Source of the DNA: a virus
Strand: one strand, 5' to 3'
Length of the DNA stretch: 64,000 bases
Virus record (IMG/VR): IMGVR_UViG_3300048913_000208
The position numbers and the translations under genes were made by a program. The notes beneath the pieces were generated by a model. That model was given only the letters and a program-made list of their open reading frames with translations, was not told the origin of the DNA and searched no databases. Positions 8,942-18,978 of this stretch are shown here, in pieces. Each line of letters begins with the position of its first letter. Within the stretch, counting starts at the first letter, position 1.

Positions 8942-10993
8942 ATGAGCAATGACGATCTGGTACTCGACGACGAACCAACCGGCGGCGACAAGTCGACCGG
9001 CGATCAAGGCCGCGAGAACCGCACCGAAAACCGTGACCGCGACCGTGATGAAGATCGTGGTGGCCGCGACCGTGACCGCAGCGACCGTGGCGGTAAGCGC
9101 GGGCGTCGTGGTGAAGAAGAAGACGAAGGCCGTGGCTTCAACATGGCGTCCCTCGGTCGTGCCATGAACCGCCCGCAAATGTCGGGTGTTTCTGACGCTG
9201 CCCTGGCTATCCTGATGGATACCTTCAAGGCTGCCAAGACCTTCGACAATCCAAACATCCACCCGGACATCCAGCAGTCGCGCTTCCAGGTTCTGCCGTA
9301 TACCGGCCGTAAAGGCTCGCGTGCTCTGCCGTCCCTGCTGGTCTGCCTGCCTCTGCCGAAACTGATCCCGGGCGGCGTAACTCTGGTCTACACCCTCTGC
9401 ATCGAGCAGCCGGGTTCCCAGACCACCCGCAACGCGGTATCTCGTGGCGACAACTACGAGGCGCTGGTGCTGCCGGAAGACCGCATGAACGACGCCTACA
9501 CCAAAGGCATTCGTGAAGAAGCGGCCGGCCTGGGTTGCAAACGTGTCGTGCTGGTCAACTCGCAGGTGATCCTGGCGGATCTGATCTCGGAAGTCTCCGA
9601 GAAAGAAAACAACCGCGTGGTTGCTCAGATCTTCGACAATGCCATCGATGCCCTGTGCGGTTACCGTCAGGAAATCCTGGACGCCAGCAATCCAGACGCA
9701 ATCAGCGAGTTCGCTCTGCGTCCGGAACTGATCGACAGCGGCGACCGTCTGGAAGCCACCATCGATTACAACCAGCCGTTCGGCCACGACACCTCCGGCC
9801 TGCCGATCCGTACCGATGCGTTGGTAACTTCGCACTACTCGGAACGGACCGACGATGACGAGGACGATCTGTACGAGCGTACTCCGATGGTCGAAGCCCG
9901 TTGCTCTCTGGATATGTTCATCCAGGACGACGACAACGATCGTGACCGCAACCGCCTGAGCCGTAAGCGTACCCGCCGCCGCGACGAAGATGACGAAACC
10001 GCCTTCATGCAGGGCGTTATCAACATCAACTCCATCGCCCCGGTCGACGGTTACCCGAACAGCCTGGGTCTGGTAGGTCTGGCGCTGGGCTCCGTGGCTC
10101 TGCTGTCGAACGACTACCGCTGGACCAACATGGCGCGTCCTCGCAAGACCGTCGGTGGCAAAGTCAAGCCGGTGTTCGATCTGAAGGATATCGCCCTGCT
10201 GGCGGATCTGGAAGATGATCAGCGTCGCGACGCAATGGACCTGGTCACCAGCAACATGAACGACGACGACTTCGCCGACTTCATCGACGCGTTCTTCAAG
10301 CGCGACGTGTCGTTCGGTATGGTCACCGCCAGTTCCGGCCAGAACGCCGCAATCCTGTCGATCTTCGAGAAGATCGCCACCGAGGAAAGCAAGTCGAAAG
10401 TCGACGCCCTGTGCACCAAGCTGTACGATGCCTGGGACGTTTTGACCGACGACCGCTTCCGCGAAGAATACCGCGAAATGAACGGCGGCAGCATGCCTCT
10501 GCCTGTTGAATCCGCGGGTACTCGCGTTCTGATCGGTACCTGGACCGACCCGGACACCTCGACTCTGCGTCCGCTGAGCGAGTGGAACGTACCGGCTGTG
10601 CTGACCCGTGCTGGTTCGAAAGATCTGGAGCTCGTTCGCGACTACCAGTTCACCTTCGAAGACAGCCGCCACACCGTCGACTACAACCTGTCCGAGCGTT
10701 ACCACATCCTGCGCAAGTTCGTGCCGGACATCCATGTCGTACAGACTGCCGAACAGCTGGTCTTCCAGAAGAACCTGCTGCCGGCTCTCGCGTCCGCCCT
10801 GGACAAGTCCCGCATGAGCCCGTACATCGCCGGTGGCGACACCCTGTCGGGTCGTCGTTCGGTGGGTAACCGTCTGTTCTCGTCGCAGGCAATCTCCGAA
10901 GGCGGCGTGAGCCGTCGTCGTGGTCGTGACCGCGATCGTGATCGCGAAGGTCGTGGTGGTCGCTTCTTCAGCGATGACTGGGATCGTCGTTAA
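8942..10993 (+). CDS. chmA: chimallin, major phage nuclear shell protein
   Basis: Segments QPFGHDTSGLPIRTDALVTS, VLIGTWTD, AEQLVFQKNLLPALASAL and GRRSVGN match my recollection of 201phi2-1 gp105; lies directly upstream of nvRNAP beta'; strong codon bias. Confidence 0.9.
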   Translation: MSNDDLVLDDEPTGGDKSTGDQGRENRTENRDRDRDEDRGGRDRDRSDRGGKRGRRGEEEDEGRGFNMASLGRAMNRPQMSGVSDAALAILMDTFKAAKTFDNPNIHPDIQQSRFQVLPYTGRKGSRALPSLLVCLPLPKLIPGGVTLVYTLCIEQPGSQTTRNAVSRGDNYEALVLPEDRMNDAYTKGIREEAAGLGCKRVVLVNSQVILADLISEVSEKENNRVVAQIFDNAIDALCGYRQEILDASNPDAISEFALRPELIDSGDRLEATIDYNQPFGHDTSGLPIRTDALVTSHYSERTDDDEDDLYERTPMVEARCSLDMFIQDDDNDRDRNRLSRKRTRRRDEDDETAFMQGVININSIAPVDGYPNSLGLVGLALGSVALLSNDYRWTNMARPRKTVGGKVKPVFDLKDIALLADLEDDQRRDAMDLVTSNMNDDDFADFIDAFFKRDVSFGMVTASSGQNAAILSIFEKIATEESKSKVDALCTKLYDAWDVLTDDRFREEYREMNGGSMPLPVESAGTRVLIGTWTDPDTSTLRPLSEWNVPAVLTRAGSKDLELVRDYQFTFEDSRHTVDYNLSERYHILRKFVPDIHVVQTAEQLVFQKNLLPALASALDKSRMSPYIAGGDTLSGRRSVGNRLFSSQAISEGGVSRRRGRDRDRDREGRGGRFFSDDWDRR

Positions 10994-11018
10994 TCGCTTC
11001 GCAGGCAAGTGAGATCTC

Positions 11019-11054
11019 GAGGGGTGGGTTTCCACCCCTCTTGATTTTTTCTTT
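11019..11054 (+). terminator. intrinsic terminator after chmA
   Basis: GAGGGGTGG-GTTT-CCACCCCTC followed by T-rich run. Confidence 0.8.
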
Positions 11055-11074
11055 ATTGTCTTTGCGGAGGTATT

Positions 11075-12598
11075 ATGGCGCAACTCTCTACCGCGGTTTA
11101 CGAAGACTTCACGGACCAGATCCTCGAAGATATACACGCACCCAGACAGCGGTATCCGGGTCGTAAGGGGATCTACCCGACGGTGGTTGACTTTGATGAC
11201 GTCTTCCGCCGGCTGGAGATTCGGCCCATTCTGGCAAACGAGCTCGATTTGAGCACTGAGCCTGGACGGGAGAAGTTCAACCGGTTGGTGTATAGCCGGT
11301 ACGATGGAGATGTGTTCTCGAATATCCCGGCGTGTCCTTGTCGACACACCAAAGGAACTCCGTTCATCGGAGAGAACTGTGAGGAATGTGGCTACCCAGT
11401 GGTGCCGCTGACTGAGCAGACAATCGAGCCCATCATCTGGGTATCCGCGCCTGAGCAGATTCCGGGCTTCATGAACTTGCAGATCTATCGGCTGCTCAAA
11501 GCTCGCTTTACCAAAAGCGGGTTCAGCGTGATCGATTACCTGCTTGATCCGAAGTACACGCCGCCCAAGTCGGATAGTCAGGAAGAACTGATCGTCAACA
11601 GACTGATCGAACGTCGAGGTCTGACGTACTTCCACGACAACTTCGACGACATCATGGAAGGTCTGTGTAAAAGCAGGCATTTCCTGAAGGCCGCTAAAGC
11701 GACCACCACGCAGCGATTCCTCAAGATCCACCGGGATATCGTGTGGTGTAAGCATCTCCCGTTCCCGTCCAAGATCGGCTTCATCGTCGAGAACGTGAAC
11801 GAGCAGACCTTCGTCGATCCAAAGATGGCCCCAGCACTTAGTGCCCTTATTTCCATCGCCAACGCCGGTAACACCACCAGCGGCGCGAAAGTGGTGGAAA
11901 GTCGTATTGCCCGATCGATGATGAAGTTGATCGAGTACTACTCAGGGTACGAAGGGTCGAAGATCTTCGACAAGAAAGGTGTCTACCGGAAGCTGGTATT
12001 CGGTACGAGCCCTCACTGGGTATGGCGGACTGTGATCACCCCGCAGTTCAAGCCGCACAAGTACAACTCTCTGTCGTGGCCGTGGGGAACGGCTGTGCTG
12101 ACGATGAAGACGCATTTGTCGTCCTACTTGTTGGCTGAGGATTACACGCCGAACGAAATCGCGTCCCTGATCTACGACAACGTCCTGCGAACGCACTACA
12201 AGCTCGAAGAGCTGTTCGACCGGATGATCGCTGAAAGCCCTGGCGGCCGTGGGATACCGACGAAGTTTACTCGGTTCCCATCGCTCATGCACGGCTCGAC
12301 GCAGTTGTACTGGATCGATGAGATCAAGCGCGACCCAACGCAGCTCAGCACCTCGCTGCCGCTGCTGACCACCGTGGCATTCAACGCCGACTTCGACGGC
12401 GACTACATGACTGGACAACTGACGTTGGACAACTGGACAACCCAGAAGTACCTGCGCATGGAATCCCACACCGGTCTGATGGACCTGAAGCACCCGTTCC
12501 GTGTAAGCAATCACGCGGCAATCCCAGCAACGGTACTGTCAACCGTGAACGCACGCTATGAGGAAGGGGACGCCCTTTCAGTAGCTATGGAGGACTGA
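11075..12598 (+). CDS. non-virion RNA polymerase beta' subunit, N-terminal part (phiKZ gp55-like)
   Basis: Catalytic FNADFDGD motif; N-terminal Zn site CPC...CEEC; GGAGG RBS. Confidence 0.93.
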   Translation: MAQLSTAVYEDFTDQILEDIHAPRQRYPGRKGIYPTVVDFDDVFRRLEIRPILANELDLSTEPGREKFNRLVYSRYDGDVFSNIPACPCRHTKGTPFIGENCEECGYPVVPLTEQTIEPIIWVSAPEQIPGFMNLQIYRLLKARFTKSGFSVIDYLLDPKYTPPKSDSQEELIVNRLIERRGLTYFHDNFDDIMEGLCKSRHFLKAAKATTTQRFLKIHRDIVWCKHLPFPSKIGFIVENVNEQTFVDPKMAPALSALISIANAGNTTSGAKVVESRIARSMMKLIEYYSGYEGSKIFDKKGVYRKLVFGTSPHWVWRTVITPQFKPHKYNSLSWPWGTAVLTMKTHLSSYLLAEDYTPNEIASLIYDNVLRTHYKLEELFDRMIAESPGGRGIPTKFTRFPSLMHGSTQLYWIDEIKRDPTQLSTSLPLLTTVAFNADFDGDYMTGQLTLDNWTTQKYLRMESHTGLMDLKHPFRVSNHAAIPATVLSTVNARYEEGDALSVAMED

Positions 12599-13224
12599 TG
12601 GCAATTGTGTTTTGTTTGGATGATGACGCAGATCTGATCCGGACGAGCTCCCATGGGATGATGTCACGGGAGGATCTGCGATTCTTTCGAGACCGGATGG
12701 ATACAGCGATACGCTCCGCAGGTGCGGGCGCTAGCGAATATCTGCGTTCGGCCTACGACAATCTGGCGAGCTTCAACCTGGACAGGCTGCGGGATCGCGT
12801 GGAGGCGATGCGCGACCGTTTCACCAAACGTTGGGACGAAGACCGGGTTTGCCGTCTTCCGTCAATCTCGGACTTCCAGAACGCCAAGCCGTCGAATCGC
12901 CGGTACATCATGGCAATTCCGCGACTGCGGGCGCTCTGGCAGGCTGGTCGTTGCGATGGCTTCGACGGTCTGTACGACGACGAGGAACCGGGTGCTATTG
13001 GCCGGAACCACACGCCGTACCGGGAAATGATGAACGGTTCCTACGTCGAGGAGAATGAGGACGAGGATACCTTCGTTACTTATCTCGGCGTGGAAGACGA
13101 CGAGGGTGAACAACCGCTGACTGGCGCGCGACGTCAGGATCTGCGGGTAAACATGCGCACCATGGAAGAGATCCTCAACCGCGGTACGCAAGACCCGACC
13201 AGCGTGAAACGCAAGACCCTGTAA
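12598..13224 (+). CDS. conserved phiKZ-like protein (gp59/Imp3-like by synteny)
   Basis: Coupled to beta' gene (TGATG); assignment from gene order only. Confidence 0.55.
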   Translation: MAIVFCLDDDADLIRTSSHGMMSREDLRFFRDRMDTAIRSAGAGASEYLRSAYDNLASFNLDRLRDRVEAMRDRFTKRWDEDRVCRLPSISDFQNAKPSNRRYIMAIPRLRALWQAGRCDGFDGLYDDEEPGAIGRNHTPYREMMNGSYVEENEDEDTFVTYLGVEDDEGEQPLTGARRQDLRVNMRTMEEILNRGTQDPTSVKRKTL

Positions 13225-13232
13225 ACCGACAG

Positions 13233-13264
13233 CATAGGGCCCGGCCTCGCGCCGGGCTTTATGT
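13233..13264 (+). terminator. hairpin terminator
   Basis: GCCCGGC-CTCGC-GCCGGGC then TTTATG. Confidence 0.6.
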
Positions 13265-13289
13265 CGTTAACAATCCATTGGAGGTAAGA

Positions 13290-13796
13290 ATGAGCAAACA
13301 ACAACAGATTCATCTGGCCGTTACAGTCAGTTACTCTGGCGATCCCGTTGATGGTAAACGCGTCGCCGCTGTCGTGGAGAATGCTCTCGAGCACTGTCGG
13401 CAGAAAGGAATGCTCAGCGAACCTGAGTGGGAAGAGACCTCCTGCGACGCAGTGCGGTTGAATCTGGTCGGGGAAGGCGCAGATATCGACACCGATTGCT
13501 GGAAATTGTTCTTTCCAGAAGCTGCCGTTAACAGTCCGTCCGATGGAATGGTGAGCGCACACCAACCTGAAAACCCACAAACCGAATTCGTCAAGCTTCT
13601 CCAAAGTGCTCGAGAGCGCGATACGGAGCGTAAGCATACGACGGAAGATCGCGCCTGGACTGAAGGGTACGGTACGGCGGCCGAAACCATCTTCGATACC
13701 ATCCACAACCACGGCTACGTGATTCTGGACAAGGACGGTAACCGCGTCAATCGAGTCGAACACAGTTTGGCTCTGGGCCTGTGGCATAAACGTTAG
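13290..13796 (+). CDS. hypothetical protein
   Basis: GGAGG RBS before ATG 13290. Confidence 0.75.
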   Translation: MSKQQQIHLAVTVSYSGDPVDGKRVAAVVENALEHCRQKGMLSEPEWEETSCDAVRLNLVGEGADIDTDCWKLFFPEAAVNSPSDGMVSAHQPENPQTEFVKLLQSARERDTERKHTTEDRAWTEGYGTAAETIFDTIHNHGYVILDKDGNRVNRVEHSLALGLWHKR

Positions 13797-13806
13797 GAGA
13801 ACGGCA

Positions 13807-14340
13807 TTGAATCGCAAACAACTGGAAGCTGTATTATTGCTGGCTCGCATTGAACCCATCAGCATTCATGAAATCCCCAACGAATACCATCGTGAGGCTT
13901 CCAATCCCTGGTTCTATGTTTTGACCAAGGACGGGATCTTGAAGATCGGTCTTCGTAGTCGCGTTGTCGAACTCGATTACAGCCTAACCTGTAAACGCGG
14001 CGAGCTGACCGACAGCGACGTGACCAAGTCGAATACCATGGTCCACGCCTGGACTGACGGTGATCTGGTGAACTACCTGATCAACTGGGGTCGCTTACCC
14101 TGGAGCGAAGACTTCTCGAGAAAGGTCGGTGAAGGCAAGACCATGATCGGCGAGTATTTCGATACCTACGCCGGCCCGCAACTCAACAGCGATCCAGTCG
14201 TTAAAGCCGTTCTTGAAAACATGAACGAACACGACTCGGACCTGACCAAGATGATCGACCCACTCACCAAGGAAGAAACCATGGTGCTCTGGACCGGTCG
14301 CAACCAGATCAGCTTCACGTTTCCAAAGACCCCTGCCTGA
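13807..14340 (+). CDS. hypothetical protein
   Basis: AGGAG RBS before TTG; ends at a terminator. Confidence 0.75.
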   Translation: MNRKQLEAVLLLARIEPISIHEIPNEYHREASNPWFYVLTKDGILKIGLRSRVVELDYSLTCKRGELTDSDVTKSNTMVHAWTDGDLVNYLINWGRLPWSEDFSRKVGEGKTMIGEYFDTYAGPQLNSDPVVKAVLENMNEHDSDLTKMIDPLTKEETMVLWTGRNQISFTFPKTPA

Positions 14341-14347
14341 CGGCATA

Positions 14348-14394
14348 GTGTGCGACCCTACGGGGTCGCTACACGACTTTCTTTTTTTTTGTTT
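14348..14394 (+). terminator. intrinsic terminator
   Basis: GCGACCC-TACG-GGGTCGC stem and long T-tract. Confidence 0.85.
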
Positions 14395-14426
14395 CCAATA
14401 GGATGTTAGCTATCTGGAGAATTCAC

Positions 14427-14852
14427 ATGGGCGTCAGTGTCGTCACATTGGGCATCCAAGGCGTCACCCGGGATGTCGATAAGGCCATCGACTATTTGAT
14501 GTGCTGTTTCTTTTATTCGAAGTACAGTCAATCCACACTCTACCGTGGACGGGTTACTTCACTCACCAAGATCATCCAGATGAACGCCACGGATGCTACT
14601 GGTTTGCGTGTAGAGATCGAAAACCAACTCGGTACATTCTTGCGGCGCACATTCGCCAGTGCAACTGTTGTCGTTCGTGAAGAAAGCGACAGTGCCGATC
14701 CTGGTATTAAGTTACAGATCAATGCAATGGTAAGCACAGGAGACGACATTAACGCTTCGTCCACCAGCGTGGGTTATTCACTCCTCACGAAGGACTCGAA
14801 ACTCAAGCGTCTGATCAATCTCTCCAACGGCACCACCCTTATTAGCAACTAA
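14427..14852 (+). CDS. conserved phiKZ-like protein (possible gp25-like baseplate fold)
   Basis: GGAG RBS; size and alpha/beta pattern compatible with gp25-like proteins; fold not verified. Confidence 0.5.
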   Translation: MGVSVVTLGIQGVTRDVDKAIDYLMCCFFYSKYSQSTLYRGRVTSLTKIIQMNATDATGLRVEIENQLGTFLRRTFASATVVVREESDSADPGIKLQINAMVSTGDDINASSTSVGYSLLTKDSKLKRLINLSNGTTLISN

Positions 14853-14866
14853 GCAAGGTAGACATC

Positions 14867-15349
14867 ATGTCCGCAGCAGCTCCGCAACAAGCCGAACAAG
14901 CCCAAGCTCAAATCGAGCGTCCGTTCCCGACTACCCACGAGGAACTGCACTTGATCGTGGCTGAAGCCGTCGGCCGCATCCTGTCGTTCCCGGAAAACAT
15001 CCAGCAGCTGGCCATGTCGGTTGCCAGCGCTCAGGCCGGCGCCCTGCAACAAGTCAACATCATCAACCAGCGTATGGAAGCTCACCCACAACTGGTTCGC
15101 GTCGAATACCCGGGCGCTGCCCGTGCGACCGTCGTGGCCGCCGCTGAAGGCTTCGACGTGGTCCTGGAAGAGCGTGACGGCACCGACGGCTGGAAACCGC
15201 TGGAGCGTCCGGACTACGTGATCGCCGGCGCCAAGAAACTGGTTCTGTCTCAGGTCACCCACGATGGCGACGTGTGGTTCATCACCACCACCGCCGAAGT
15301 CCACAAGTTCCAGGACTCGATGATCGGTCAGAACGTCACCCAAGGCTAA
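14867..15349 (+). CDS. hypothetical protein, likely highly expressed
   Basis: AAGG RBS; strong C-ending codon bias; followed by a hairpin. Confidence 0.8.
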   Translation: MSAAAPQQAEQAQAQIERPFPTTHEELHLIVAEAVGRILSFPENIQQLAMSVASAQAGALQQVNIINQRMEAHPQLVRVEYPGAARATVVAAAEGFDVVLEERDGTDGWKPLERPDYVIAGAKKLVLSQVTHDGDVWFITTTAEVHKFQDSMIGQNVTQG

Positions 15350-15356
15350 GTGCTGC

Positions 15357-15401
15357 GTATACGACGGCCGCAAGGCCGTCGTATACTGGAGGTTTTCTTT
15401 T
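15357..15401 (+). terminator. hairpin terminator
   Basis: 13-bp perfect stem GTATACGACGGCC-GCAA-GGCCGTCGTATAC, then T-rich run. Confidence 0.75.
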
Positions 15402-16097
15402 ATGATTCGCAAAGATGTGGCAATGGGCGAGAACCCTTTCGTTCCGCCAAAGAACGTAAAGCCGATGGCTCCTACCGCCTACCAACGGTATCTTCAGGAA
15501 AGCCTGTCTTCCCTTGACAGCGCTGCGGACGAAATCAACCGCATGACGGCAGCTCGTATCCGCCGAGTTCCTGAACCGTACTTTGCTAAACATTTGCTAC
15601 ATGTTGTGCGAGCATGGGTCACTAAAGCCGATCCTGCTCCAGAAATTGGTCATTGGCTCAATGTAGCCGACGGCCTGCACAACCCGATCAACGTTGTGGA
15701 TGCTAACGACAACATCCTGTTCGTCGTACCTCCAGCGTTCGTCGATATCCAGCTGAACACCACCGACCACAAGGCCGCCCGTAAGAAGTCGATGCTCCAC
15801 GCCATTAACTTGCAAGGCGTGTATGCGGACAACACCAACCTACGGGAATTCTGGGGTATCGAGGAAAGTCTCGTCCAGGACAACATGGCAAAGCCAGCTG
15901 AACACAGCATGGCCCATGCCCTGACCCAATTGGTCAGGATGTACCACTACTACAAACTCCCCTTGGTAGAAATCCTCGGGGAAGAAGGCGCTGCCCAGCT
16001 GGCCCCGTTACTCGAAGCAGAATCGGGGGTGGCAAAACAGACCACTACCGATAACGGCAATGACGATGACGATGAACCAGGCGCTTTCGAATACTAA
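15402..16097 (+). CDS. conserved phiKZ-like protein with acidic C-terminus
   Basis: GGAGG RBS; ends DDDDEPGAFEY; precedes SbcD-like gene. Confidence 0.7.
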   Translation: MIRKDVAMGENPFVPPKNVKPMAPTAYQRYLQESLSSLDSAADEINRMTAARIRRVPEPYFAKHLLHVVRAWVTKADPAPEIGHWLNVADGLHNPINVVDANDNILFVVPPAFVDIQLNTTDHKAARKKSMLHAINLQGVYADNTNLREFWGIEESLVQDNMAKPAEHSMAHALTQLVRMYHYYKLPLVEILGEEGAAQLAPLLEAESGVAKQTTTDNGNDDDDEPGAFEY

Positions 16098-17238
16098 TCC
16101 AGTCCGGCAGGTGGAGTGGGTGGATTACATCAATCCTACTCCTGCCCCCGGCACGTTTCACGTCGTTATCCTGAGTGACGTCCATTTAGGACACGGTCGG
16201 GTTCCGACCCGCAAGATGATTGAAGACCTGGAGTTGTTTCTCAACCCTGACCGTCTGAAACTCATCGACTTCATCATCATCACAGGGGATCTGTTTGACC
16301 AACGTCTGCCGCACGACAGTACCGAAGCGTATCTGATCAGTCGGTGGATGGAACGTCTCCTGCGAGCTTGTAAGCAGTACAACGTCGCTATCCGTATCCT
16401 GGAAGGCACTCCGAGTCATGACCAGCGGCAATCGCAGTGGATGGTCACGTACAACGAGATGACTTGCCTTGGTGTGGATCTGCGGTACTACCCGGAACTT
16501 TCGATTGACGAACTGTTCCCTGGCGGTCCAATGGTCCTTTGGGTGCCGGATGAGGTCAACCACGACGCGAACCGTACTTGGCTTGAAGTCCAAGCCCTGA
16601 TGCGAGACAGAGCGCTGGATAAGGTTGACTTCGGATTCATGCACGGCTTCTTCCGGTTCCAAGCGCCGGTAGAGACAGTCTCGAGTCATGATGAAGACAG
16701 GTATCAAGGCATTGTCCGCCACCTGATCGTCAACGGCCACGACCATACGCACAAGGTCTTAGGGATCATTCGTATCCCAGGATCACCAGACCGGCATAAA
16801 CACCGGCAGGAGGAAGCCAAAGGCCACCTCCAGTTCTCGTTCTCGCCAGAGAAAGGCGTGCACGACGAGCAGTTCATCGTTAACCACCGCGCGGTCATCT
16901 TCACGACGTTAGACGTAGTCGGGAAGTCGTATCCTGAGGTTGAGAAGCTGCTGTCTTCTCTGGAGGACAGTCCTGACGGTAGTAACTACCGTCTACGACT
17001 TAGTCGTTCGGATGAGACCTATTCCAACTTCTCCCGCTTGAAGACCCGCTTCCCTCATTTCAAACTCACCCACGACACCGTTGAGGCTAAGAAGATTACC
17101 GGCGCCTACGAGTCTCCCGTAGAACGTCCTATCCTGACCTCCATCCGTTCTGACACGTTGTCAGGCCTGGTGGTACCAAGGTTGAGTAATCTGAGCCCTG
17201 AGGCGCTGAAGTTCGCTGAGCAAGAGCTAAACAGTTAA
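16060..17238 (+). CDS. SbcD/Mre11-family metallophosphoesterase nuclease (phiKZ gp65-like)
   Basis: Motifs SDVHLG, GDLFD, GTPSHD, MHG and GHDH. Confidence 0.88.
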   Translation: MTMTMNQALSNTNPVRQVEWVDYINPTPAPGTFHVVILSDVHLGHGRVPTRKMIEDLELFLNPDRLKLIDFIIITGDLFDQRLPHDSTEAYLISRWMERLLRACKQYNVAIRILEGTPSHDQRQSQWMVTYNEMTCLGVDLRYYPELSIDELFPGGPMVLWVPDEVNHDANRTWLEVQALMRDRALDKVDFGFMHGFFRFQAPVETVSSHDEDRYQGIVRHLIVNGHDHTHKVLGIIRIPGSPDRHKHRQEEAKGHLQFSFSPEKGVHDEQFIVNHRAVIFTTLDVVGKSYPEVEKLLSSLEDSPDGSNYRLRLSRSDETYSNFSRLKTRFPHFKLTHDTVEAKKITGAYESPVERPILTSIRSDTLSGLVVPRLSNLSPEALKFAEQELNS

Positions 17239-17247
17239 GGAGCTACC

Positions 17248-18105
17248 ATGTCAGTCGACTCTATATCCAGAGACGCACTGTCGCAACGGACGATGGGGAA
17301 CTTTCCCATCTCCATCGCTACAAGTCAGGCCATCGAGTCTTTCATCGGTAAGCTCCCAGAAGCTCCTACTGCTGACCCGGAGATTCGTCGCCGGGATTTG
17401 CTGATGGTCAATATCCGCACTCTGATCCGAAACATCTTCGGGTCGATGGATAAAGACCAGCGAGCGAAGGTCGACGAGTACAACGTAGCGGAATCGTTGA
17501 TTGCAGAGATGCGGACTATCGAAGGTATCATCACCGAAGAGTCAGACGGTGTGTGCCAAACGATGTTCTACTACTGCTCGTACGACGACTTCCTGCGTAA
17601 GTTCACCAAGTCGATCCCCAAGACGGCGAACACCATCCTCCAGAAGCAGAACGCCGCTTCGGAGATGTCGGTGATCAAATACATCTTGGGTGAGATGAAG
17701 GATCAGGCGCCTGTTGAGAAGTACACCACGGACTTCCCTAACATAGACGCCGATACAGCGATTCTGACGCATTATCCGATCGACCTGCTGCAACGGTATA
17801 AGTTCAAGTCGCTCGTGCTCCTAGAGTCCCACACAGGCGCTATAAAGCCGCCTATGATGTGGAACACCAAGCTGCATGAAGGACGGGATTTGGAAATCAT
17901 CCCGTTTGACAGAATGTCGTTGCAGATCTTTGGCGATAACGTGCTCTTTGTTCCGATGGCGGTAAAGATCCGTCAGCGAGTGTACAAGGTGGCTACGAAG
18001 AACGCCTGGACTCCAGCAACCACGAAGGACTTTGTGATCTACTCGATCGAGCAGAACCGCGACCCTGCGTTGGAAGTGTTGGTCAAAGACTTGTACCGCA
18101 AGTAA
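17248..18105 (+). CDS. conserved phiKZ-like protein (gp66-like position; possible PIN/5'-nuclease-like fold)
   Basis: AAGGAG RBS; LLMVNIRTLIRN beta-alpha start; function unverified. Confidence 0.55.
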   Translation: MSVDSISRDALSQRTMGNFPISIATSQAIESFIGKLPEAPTADPEIRRRDLLMVNIRTLIRNIFGSMDKDQRAKVDEYNVAESLIAEMRTIEGIITEESDGVCQTMFYYCSYDDFLRKFTKSIPKTANTILQKQNAASEMSVIKYILGEMKDQAPVEKYTTDFPNIDADTAILTHYPIDLLQRYKFKSLVLLESHTGAIKPPMMWNTKLHEGRDLEIIPFDRMSLQIFGDNVLFVPMAVKIRQRVYKVATKNAWTPATTKDFVIYSIEQNRDPALEVLVKDLYRK

Positions 18106-18162
18106 GTCGTTACACAACTCTTAGATAAGATGTTCACCGATTAACCCCCAGAGGTAGGCACC

Positions 18163-18978
18163 ATGAGCCAAGCTCCACGCAAACCGCCACGCGACTATGA
18201 CGTAACCGACGACAAGGCTTTGATGCTTTGGGGTCCGCCTATCCGGCCCGACGGTTTCCCAATTCGCGGCAAGTTCTCCTTCGACGAAAACGGCCCGATC
18301 CTGACCGTCGACTCCGGCACCAAGACCGACAAAGGCTACAAAGTCGATGTCGAGATGCCGATCATGCTCGCCAACATGCTCACCGTTCTGAACTTGATCC
18401 GTCGGGTAGCCAGCCATCAAGGCGGTGGTCTGGCGTTTGAAACCGATATCTACGGTCACCCGTGGGTCTACGATCGCGGTCAGGGCAAGAACGTCAAGTC
18501 CAAGGAAAAGCTGCACGTCGGCCGCATGCTCATCGAGAAGCGTGCAGATGGTCAGGTTTCCCTGTCGGTGACTGCTCGCAACAAGCCAGAAATGCGCTTC
18601 GACTTCAAGCAGAACGACTACATGGCTATTACCCAAAACGGCCAGCCGGTGTCTGTCGACATCAGTTCGTCCGAAGCGGCACTGGCCTGGGCCGAGATGT
18701 GGAAAACCATTCTGGTCAATAAAGTCGAGCGCGACTGGAAAGAACCGGAATACAAGAAGGAATGGCGCCTCAAGCAACAAGCCGAACGCGCTCAGCGCAA
18801 TAACGGCGGTGGTGGCGGTGGTGGCGGCCAGTACCAGAACCGCAACAATGGTGGCGGAGGTGGTGGAGGCGGTCAACAGCAATACCAGCAGCAAGGGCAA
18901 GGACAATCTCAAGCTCAAGCTCCAGCGGCACCTGGCCACGATAGCTTCGATTCGTTCGACGAAGACCTGCCTTACTGA
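18163..18978 (+). CDS. conserved protein with G/Q/N linker and SSB-like acidic tail (phiKZ gp67/Imp6-like position)
   Basis: GAGG RBS; tail GGGG..QQQ..DSFDSFDEDLPY. Confidence 0.65.
   Translation: MSQAPRKPPRDYDVTDDKALMLWGPPIRPDGFPIRGKFSFDENGPILTVDSGTKTDKGYKVDVEMPIMLANMLTVLNLIRRVASHQGGGLAFETDIYGHPWVYDRGQGKNVKSKEKLHVGRMLIEKRADGQVSLSVTARNKPEMRFDFKQNDYMAITQNGQPVSVDISSSEAALAWAEMWKTILVNKVERDWKEPEYKKEWRLKQQAERAQRNNGGGGGGGGQYQNRNNGGGGGGGGQQQYQQQGQGQSQAQAPAAPGHDSFDSFDEDLPY

Noticed and set aside
8807-11755. 982-aa antisense ORF over chmA
   Set aside because: Shadow ORF: the sense gene avoids TTA/CTA/TCA codons, so the antisense frame lacks stops; no RBS or motifs
11075-12598. Group I intron or HNH endonuclease as in phiKZ
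   Set aside because: ORF is continuous through the catalytic motif; no HNH or GIY-YIG ORF seen
18805-18875. GGTGGCGGT tandem repeats
   Set aside because: Encode poly-Gly linker; mixed codons argue against a phase-variable tract
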